A DNA stretch of 19,762 nucleotides from a virus: UHGV virus genome UHGV-0072739; one strand, 5' to 3'. The translations under genes and the position numbers were made by a program. This document shows, one piece after another, positions 14,161 to 19,762 of the stretch (positions are counted from its first letter, which is position 1; each line of letters starts with the position of its first letter). The notes under the pieces are model-generated. The model searched no databases and was not told the DNA's origin. It saw only the letters and a program-made list of their open reading frames with translations.

Positions 14161-14721
14161 TTACAGAACCCACCACCTGATCGAATCTGTGGGTATGGTT
14201 GCAGCCTCGACATTCTGGATCATACCCAACTCGGTGGCCCTTCCCGGATCAATGATGGTTGCAGAAGTGATCAAATTAGCCCAGTCAATTTGCTCATCTG
14301 GGGCTACAGCGAGAGCCTCGATATTCATCACCTGCACAAATCTTTGCAAGTCGTCATCCAGACATGCCGCCCATTCCCTAAGCCTGAGGTGATCTGCTTG
14401 TGGGGCGGCAAATCCCCAATGTAAAGGATGTAATAAAAATCGCGAGAGAGGATTAGCAAACCGCTCAGATCCAGCCATGAAAATAACATTTGCTATAGAT
14501 TCCACGTTACTAAGGTTATGTGTCTTCACCTTTACAGGAAGAGACTTAAGAAAGTTGTATGCGGTAAAACCTGCAACGGTATCTCCACCTTTACTAGAGA
14601 TGTAAATCCTGATCTCAGAGGCTGGTTGGTTAGGGCTTGATATCGCTTTGAGGCAAACATCCATAAGGCTGGATACAGAAGCAACTGTCACATCTGTCAT
14701 GAAGTGTACGGTATGGATCAT
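14161..14721 (-). CDS. ClpP-like serine peptidase homolog (S14/ClpP-crotonase fold), antisense moron gene
   Basis: 186 aa; IRIYISSKGGDTVAGFTAYNFL...NLSNVESIANVIFMAGSERFANPLSRFLLHPL aligns with the ClpP core, with the active-site Ser and His positions conserved and the Asp uncertain; opposite strand to the flanking late genes. Confidence 0.65.
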   Translation of the reverse strand: MIHTVHFMTDVTVASVSSLMDVCLKAISSPNQPASEIRIYISSKGGDTVAGFTAYNFLKSLPVKVKTHNLSNVESIANVIFMAGSERFANPLSRFLLHPLHWGFAAPQADHLRLREWAACLDDDLQRFVQVMNIEALAVAPDEQIDWANLITSATIIDPGRATELGMIQNVEAATIPTDSIRWWVL

Positions 14722-15183
14722 TTAAGTTTCCCAGAGATATGCCGCAATTGGCATTTTCATAATGCACATAAAGTGAAAGGTTTTCTGCGTAAACCCGGAT
14801 GAAATTATTTCATGAAGTAAGGCATTACAGAAGCCCTTCATTGAGGGGCTTCGATAATGAAACCGGAATTTATTCTGGGTAACCAGTTACGGCAGTACAG
14901 CGAAACAACCCAAGCCAGTAAGTGGGGAAATAACACTGGCAGCCACTGAAAGATGAACCTCCTGCCTTATGGCAAAAAAGATTCTTTGTGGTGGCGGACT
15001 GATGGAAAGACATCGGTTATTGCAGAGACCATTCAATGAGTGGTCTCGACAATGGCTTATACCCTACACGGGATAACTTAACTGATATCCCCACAAGCGG
15101 ATAAAGAGATTCTCAATGTCAGGAATCTACTTTTAGTCCTAGTAATGATGAACTAGATATCAGCTGAGTCGCTTGGGTGGTGA

Positions 15184-15420
15184 TTACGATTCTGCTTCAA
15201 ACTCAGAAATTAGTTGATGAACACGTTCAGTATATGATGGGTTAGAACCTAGAAACTCTTCCACTGTCTGAATGGTTTCATCACCCTCCCATTCAAAATG
15301 GCTCACAGGTGACGAATGACCAGCCCTGACTTGGTAGGAGCCATTGTCCAATTTGTCCAGGAATATATAAGTTTCATTATCATGACCTGTATTTCGGTAA
15401 AAAATTTGCTTTGAGTTCAT
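15184..15420 (-). CDS. Hypothetical small acidic protein (78 aa)
   Basis: ORF track; AGGA 8-9 nt upstream; its start lies 24 bp from the divergent terminase small-subunit start; no family recognised. Confidence 0.5.
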   Translation of the reverse strand: MNSKQIFYRNTGHDNETYIFLDKLDNGSYQVRAGHSSPVSHFEWEGDETIQTVEEFLGSNPSYTERVHQLISEFEAES

Positions 15421-15444
15421 TAAAGAAATCCTCTAGAGAAAACT

Positions 15445-15996
15445 ATGGCACTCACCGACAAACAAGAGATGTTCTGTCGCGAGTACCTCATCGATTTAAA
15501 CGCCACACAAGCGGCTATTCGGGCGGGGTACAGCGCAAAGACAGCTAACCGTACCGCATCCGAAAACATGTCAAAACCTGACATCCAATTCAGAATCGCC
15601 GAACTGAAAGCGCAACGCAATGATCTTGTTGGTATTAATGCAGAATATGTGCTTAATCGCCTTATTGAAATCGACCAGATGGATGTGCTCGACATTCTCC
15701 TGCAAAACGGTGAGTTAAAGCCCATTAAAGACTGGCCTAAGGTATGGCGCACAACGTTATCAGGAATGGATGTTGTGGAGATGGTATCCGCAGATAGTGC
15801 TGCTCTCCTGAAGAAAATCAAATGGCCTGATAAGGTTAAAAACCTTGAGTTGCTCGGGCGTCATGTTTCTGTTCAGGCGTTTAAAGACAACGTCAAAAAT
15901 GAAGTGACTGGTGCTGACGGAGGACCAGTCAGAACAGAAATTACCAACTTAACGCCGGAGCAGGCTGCAGAGGCGTATAGAAAAATGATGGGCTAA
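15445..15996 (+). CDS. Terminase small subunit (Terminase_2 / P27 family)
   Basis: 183 aa; N-terminal [32 protein letters not shown] is the signature of this family; followed by the large subunit. Confidence 0.85.
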   Translation: MALTDKQEMFCREYLIDLNATQAAIRAGYSAKTANRTASENMSKPDIQFRIAELKAQRNDLVGINAEYVLNRLIEIDQMDVLDILLQNGELKPIKDWPKVWRTTLSGMDVVEMVSADSAALLKKIKWPDKVKNLELLGRHVSVQAFKDNVKNEVTGADGGPVRTEITNLTPEQAAEAYRKMMG

Positions 15997-15998
15997 GT

Positions 15999-17621
15999 AT
16001 GCCGTTACCATTCCCCTTCGATTTTAAACATCCTGATTACCAGATGGTTTTTGAATGGCGGATGGAACGCTTACAGCGCATTCGCCAGAACCCTGAAATA
16101 TTGCCAGCACTAAAACAGTTTTACCGAACCAACCCGGCTCAGTTCATCATCGACTGGGGCATGACAACGGACCCGCGTAATATTGATTATGGCCTGCCGG
16201 TGACCATTCCGTTTTTACTCTTCCCTAAGCAGGAGGAGTGGATCCACTGGATTATGGAACGCTGGGGTAATCGGGAGAATGGTATTACCGAAAAATCCCG
16301 TGAAATGGGGCTCAGTTGGACCGCGATCGGACTGGCCTGCTCGCTTTGTCTCTTCAACAAAGAAATGGTTATCGGTTTCGGCTCCCGTAAAGAGGAATAC
16401 GTCGACAGCACCGGTGACCCGAAAGCATTGTTCTGGAAGGCGCGCAAGTTCGTGGAAACACTACCTGTAGAGTTTCGCGGTTCGTGGAGCGAGAAGAAGC
16501 ACGCGCCATATATGCGTGTTGAGTTTCCTGAAACTGGTGCCGTTATCAAAGGCGAGGCTGGCGATAATATTGGTCGTGGTGACCGTACCACGCTTTATCT
16601 GGTTGATGAGGCTGCATTCCTTCAGCGTCCTCTGCTGATTGATGCGGCGTTGTCACAAACGACGCGTTGCCGTATCGACCTGAGTTCGGTTAACGGCATG
16701 GCGAACCCGTTCGCGCAGAAGCGTCACGGCGGGAAGATACCGGTATTCACATTCCACTGGCGGGATGATCCTCGCAAGGATGAAGAGTGGTATCGCAGGG
16801 AATGCGAGAAAATCGATAATCCGGTGGTGGTGGCACAGGAACTTGATCTGAACTACAGCGCATCAGCGGAAGGCGTCCTGATTCCATCCGAATGGGTACA
16901 GGCTGCCGTTGATGCGCATATCAAACTGGGTATCCAGCCAACAGGCAAACGACTTGGCGCGATGGATGTCGCTGATGAAGGCAGGGACAAAAATGCCTTT
17001 TCCACCCGTCATGGCTTCCTCCTGGAAAATGTGCGGGAATGGTCTGGTGTGGGTAGCGACATTTATCAGTCCGTCGAGAAGGTCTTCGGTTTTTGCGAAC
17101 AGGACAACCTCGAAGAGTTTCGCTTTGACGAGGACGGGCTGGGCGCTGGCGTTCGCGGCGATGCACGCGCTATCAACGAACTGCGTAACGCTGCGCGCCG
17201 ACCGTCAATACTCGCCACACCGTTTCGAGGTAGTGGCGCGGTATTTGATCCGGACGACGAAGCGGTGCGCGGTGACAACGGACAGGCCGCCCGCCTGAAC
17301 AAGGACTTCTTCGCTAACGCCAAAGCCCAGAGCTGGTGGCGGTTACGTAAACTTTTTCAGAATACCTGGCGCGCCGTGGTTGAAGGTATGGATTACAACC
17401 CGGACGAAATCATCTCAATCAGCAGTAGCATGGCACTCAAAGATAAACTCATCATCGAGCTTTCGCAGCCGACCTATTCCATTAATGGTGTGGGGAAAAT
17501 CGTTATTGATAAACAGCCTGATGGAACCCGGTCGCCAAACCTTGCCGACTCGGTGATGATCAGCTACGCGCCAATGAATTCAGCCCTGAATATCTGGGAG
17601 CTGCTAGGGAGACAGGCCTGA
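15999..17621 (+). CDS. Terminase large subunit
   Basis: 540 aa; ATPase Walker B-like [11 protein letters not shown]-terminal nuclease domain; lies between the small subunit and the portal, with start and stop codons overlapping its neighbours. Confidence 0.9.
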   Translation: MPLPFPFDFKHPDYQMVFEWRMERLQRIRQNPEILPALKQFYRTNPAQFIIDWGMTTDPRNIDYGLPVTIPFLLFPKQEEWIHWIMERWGNRENGITEKSREMGLSWTAIGLACSLCLFNKEMVIGFGSRKEEYVDSTGDPKALFWKARKFVETLPVEFRGSWSEKKHAPYMRVEFPETGAVIKGEAGDNIGRGDRTTLYLVDEAAFLQRPLLIDAALSQTTRCRIDLSSVNGMANPFAQKRHGGKIPVFTFHWRDDPRKDEEWYRRECEKIDNPVVVAQELDLNYSASAEGVLIPSEWVQAAVDAHIKLGIQPTGKRLGAMDVADEGRDKNAFSTRHGFLLENVREWSGVGSDIYQSVEKVFGFCEQDNLEEFRFDEDGLGAGVRGDARAINELRNAARRPSILATPFRGSGAVFDPDDEAVRGDNGQAARLNKDFFANAKAQSWWRLRKLFQNTWRAVVEGMDYNPDEIISISSSMALKDKLIIELSQPTYSINGVGKIVIDKQPDGTRSPNLADSVMISYAPMNSALNIWELLGRQA

Positions 17622-19090
17622 TGGCACGAAACAAACAAGCCACGCGGCGAACGGCACAGGCCACCGCTGATGGATATGAGAACTTTGTCGCCCGCGTGGG
17701 GATGCAGACGCCTAACCAGCACTCAGCATCGACCTACCGGGCTAACTTCACCAGCCGCAACCGCATGCTGGTGGAATGGTCCTATCGTTCGTCCTGGATC
17801 ATCGGCGAAGCGGTCGACGCTATCCCGGATGATATGACCCGCAAAGGCATTCGCATCACTTCGGAAATTGATGCAAAAGATCGCGGCATTCTCGAATCAC
17901 AACTTGATGAGTTGCAGATCTGGGATGCGCTGAACGACGTGCTGAAATGGTCTCGCCTCTACGGCGGCGCGGTCGGCTTCATCATGATCGAGGGGCAGGC
18001 ACCAATGACCCCGCTGCGGCTCGAAACCATTGGAGAAGGCAAGTTTAAGGGCATTCTCCCGCTCGACCGCTGGATGATTAACCCGGCCCTGACCCGCCGC
18101 ATTAAAGAGATGGGGCCAGATCTCGGCAAACCTGAGTTTTACGACGTGGTGACCACTGCAACGGGCATCCCGGCCTGGCGCATCCATCACAGCCGCCTGA
18201 TTCGCTTCGATGGCGTCACGCTGCCATTCCAGCAGAAGATGACCGAGAACGAATGGGGAATGTCGGTTGTAGAGCGAATCTGGGATCGGCTTACTGCGTT
18301 CGACAGCGCCACTGTCGGCGCGGCTCAGCTGGTCTACAAAGCGCATCTGCGCACCTACAGCGTGGAGAAGCTGCGCGAGATTATCGCGCTTGGTGGCCCA
18401 GCTTTCGAAGCGTTGCTGAAGAACATCGACCTGATCCGCCAGTTCCAGAGCAATGAAGGCATGACGCTCATGGACTCGCGGGATAAGTTTGAAACGCATC
18501 AGTACAGCTTCAGTGGTCTGGATGACATCCTATCGCAGTTTGCAGAACAGATTAGTGGCGCTGTTGGTATTCCACTGGTGCGGTTGTTCGGACAGTCCCC
18601 GAAAGGATTTTCTACCGGTGATGCAGATCTTGCCAACTATTACGACCGGGTGAGCTCATTGCAGGAGCGCCGCTTACGGATGCCGATGCGCCGGATACTG
18701 GACATTATGCACCGCTCGGAACTCGGTAAGCCGCTGCCGGACGATTTCACGTTTGAGTTTAACCCGCTCTGGCAAATGTCTGATGTCGATCGCTCAACGG
18801 TGGCGTTAAACACTACCAACGCAATCAGTACGGCGCTGGGTGATGGTCTGATGACACTGAAAGCCGCTATGACCGATTTGCGCGAAAATTCTGACGTAAC
18901 CGGCATCGGGGCATCCATTACCGACGAGGACATAGAGAATGCCGAAGACGAAGCGCCGCCAGGCATCGGCGAACTTGGCGACAAACCGCCAGAGTCGCCA
19001 GGCGGAGATCCGATATCGAACGAGCCTACGGCAGATAGCGCGGGCGGTCGGGGATATCGTAAATGGGCGCTACGATGGTTCAAACGATAG
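17621..19090 (+). CDS. Portal protein (Mu gp29-like family)
   Basis: 489 aa; start overlaps the TerL stop (TGATG); acidic, low-complexity C-terminal tail; followed by a Mu F-like head morphogenesis gene. Confidence 0.85.
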   Translation: MARNKQATRRTAQATADGYENFVARVGMQTPNQHSASTYRANFTSRNRMLVEWSYRSSWIIGEAVDAIPDDMTRKGIRITSEIDAKDRGILESQLDELQIWDALNDVLKWSRLYGGAVGFIMIEGQAPMTPLRLETIGEGKFKGILPLDRWMINPALTRRIKEMGPDLGKPEFYDVVTTATGIPAWRIHHSRLIRFDGVTLPFQQKMTENEWGMSVVERIWDRLTAFDSATVGAAQLVYKAHLRTYSVEKLREIIALGGPAFEALLKNIDLIRQFQSNEGMTLMDSRDKFETHQYSFSGLDDILSQFAEQISGAVGIPLVRLFGQSPKGFSTGDADLANYYDRVSSLQERRLRMPMRRILDIMHRSELGKPLPDDFTFEFNPLWQMSDVDRSTVALNTTNAISTALGDGLMTLKAAMTDLRENSDVTGIGASITDEDIENAEDEAPPGIGELGDKPPESPGGDPISNEPTADSAGGRGYRKWALRWFKR

Positions 19091-19712
19091 CGTAACCGAA
19101 ATAATGGATGCGCTGGAGCGCTACAGCGAAATCATCACCCCCTGGGCGACGAAGGTAGCTGAGAACTTTACCGCAGACATAGCGCGCCAGAATGAAAAGC
19201 AGTGGCGTCAACACAGCCGGAACATCAGTGCAGAGCTGCGCAACATGGTTGACTGCGCCCCGGTAGGCCAGGTGATGAAATCCATCGTTGCCGAGCAGAT
19301 TAAGTACATCAAATCGCTACCTCTTGAGGCCGCCGATCGGGTGTATGACATTCAGAACAAAGCCATCGAGGCAGTTGTGACTGGCGGGCGGGCTGAGTCA
19401 TTCGCGAAAGAGATAGCGGCGTCAGGTGACGTGTCACGCTTGCGAGCGAACCTTATCGCCCGTACCGAACTTGGACGCGCAACCGGCGCGCTCGATCAGG
19501 CGCGTGCGCTGTCAATTGGTTCGAATGGTTATATCTGGCGTACAGCCGAAGATGGCGATGTCCGGCACTCTCATCGTGAGATGGAGGGCAAGTTTGTCGA
19601 ATGGGGCCGACCTCCAACGCTTGACGGTATGACCGGTCACGCTGGTGAGCTGCCGAACTGCCGCTGTTACAAAGAAATCGTCTTCCCCAACCCTCATTCT
19701 TATCTCGCCTGA
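18939..19712 (+). CDS. Head morphogenesis protein (Mu F-like / SPP1 gp7 family)
   Basis: 257 aa; C-terminal motifs RTELGRA...HSHREMEGK...PNCRC; the first ~50 codons overlap the portal 3' end in another frame, so the true start may be further downstream (for example ATG 19107). Confidence 0.75.
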   Translation: MPKTKRRQASANLATNRQSRQAEIRYRTSLRQIARAVGDIVNGRYDGSNDSVTEIMDALERYSEIITPWATKVAENFTADIARQNEKQWRQHSRNISAELRNMVDCAPVGQVMKSIVAEQIKYIKSLPLEAADRVYDIQNKAIEAVVTGGRAESFAKEIAASGDVSRLRANLIARTELGRATGALDQARALSIGSNGYIWRTAEDGDVRHSHREMEGKFVEWGRPPTLDGMTGHAGELPNCRCYKEIVFPNPHSYLA

Positions 19713-19726
19713 ATCGCAGGTAAACC

Positions 19727-19762
19727 ATGAAATATTTTTTCAATACCCGGCTGGGGGAAACC
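19727..19762 (+). CDS. Start of the next head gene (12 codons visible, MKYFFNTRLGET...)
   Basis: ATG 14 nt after the preceding stop and open to the window edge; too short to characterise. Confidence 0.2.
   Translation, partial: MKYFFNTRLGET

Larger units (their letters stand above)
1..19762. mobile_element. Segment of a lambdoid prophage (early-left, immunity, replication, nin, Q, lysis, packaging/head modules in canonical order)
   Basis: Gene order and content (N-cI-cro-cII-O-helicase-nin-Q-S-R-Rz-terminase-portal), tight gene packing with overlapping stop/start codons, and strand switch at the cI/cro junction. Confidence 0.9.

Noticed and set aside
14722-15444. Lambda-type cos site upstream of the terminase
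   Set aside because: No match to the lambda cohesive-end sequence (GGGCGGCGACCT) was seen, and the terminase is not of the lambda Nu1/A type; the packaging site remains unidentified.
15420-17323. Reverse-strand ORFs antisense to the terminase genes (15420..15821, 16187..16591, 16921..17166, 17066..17323), plus a same-strand alternative-frame ORF nested in terL (16909..17298)
   Set aside because: They lie entirely inside the strongly supported terS and terL genes; their products are Pro/Arg/Ser-rich with no recognisable domains.
17897-19083. Reverse-strand ORFs of 200 and 147 aa antisense to the portal gene
   Set aside because: Antisense to a well-supported portal; low-complexity translation (Ser/Pro/Ala runs); probably a GC-skew artefact.
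1-19762. CRISPR arrays, tRNA/rRNA genes, IS elements or integrase/att sites
   Set aside because: No regularly spaced direct repeats, no tRNA-like structures, no transposase-like ORFs or terminal inverted repeats were found; the integration module must lie outside the window.

Overview
The whole window reads as one contiguous segment of a mosaic lambdoid (lambda-like) prophage of an enterobacterial host, probably E. coli or a close relative. Left to right: a leftward early operon (N antiterminator, a chain of small coupled ORFs, a Rad52-type annealing protein and SSB); an immunity region (cI, operators, cro, cII) with nut sites of the phage-21 type; a replication module (O-like initiator with internal iterons, DnaB-family helicase); a nin region (ninB, Dam methyltransferase, ninE, ninF, antirepressor, YbcO-like, rusA, ninH); Q with pR'/tR'; a lysis cassette (S, R near-identical to lambda, non-lambda Rz/Rz1); a moron gap carrying two reverse-strand genes, one of them ClpP-like; and the start of a Mu-like head module (TerS, TerL, portal, F-like protein). 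No rRNA, tRNA, CRISPR array or IS element was recognised. The most unusual locus is the antisense ClpP-like gene with its 460-bp ORF-free flank between the lysis genes and terminase. All homology statements rest on reading the translations and on recalled family features; no database search was run, so named similarities to lambda, P22 and phage-21 proteins need alignment to confirm.
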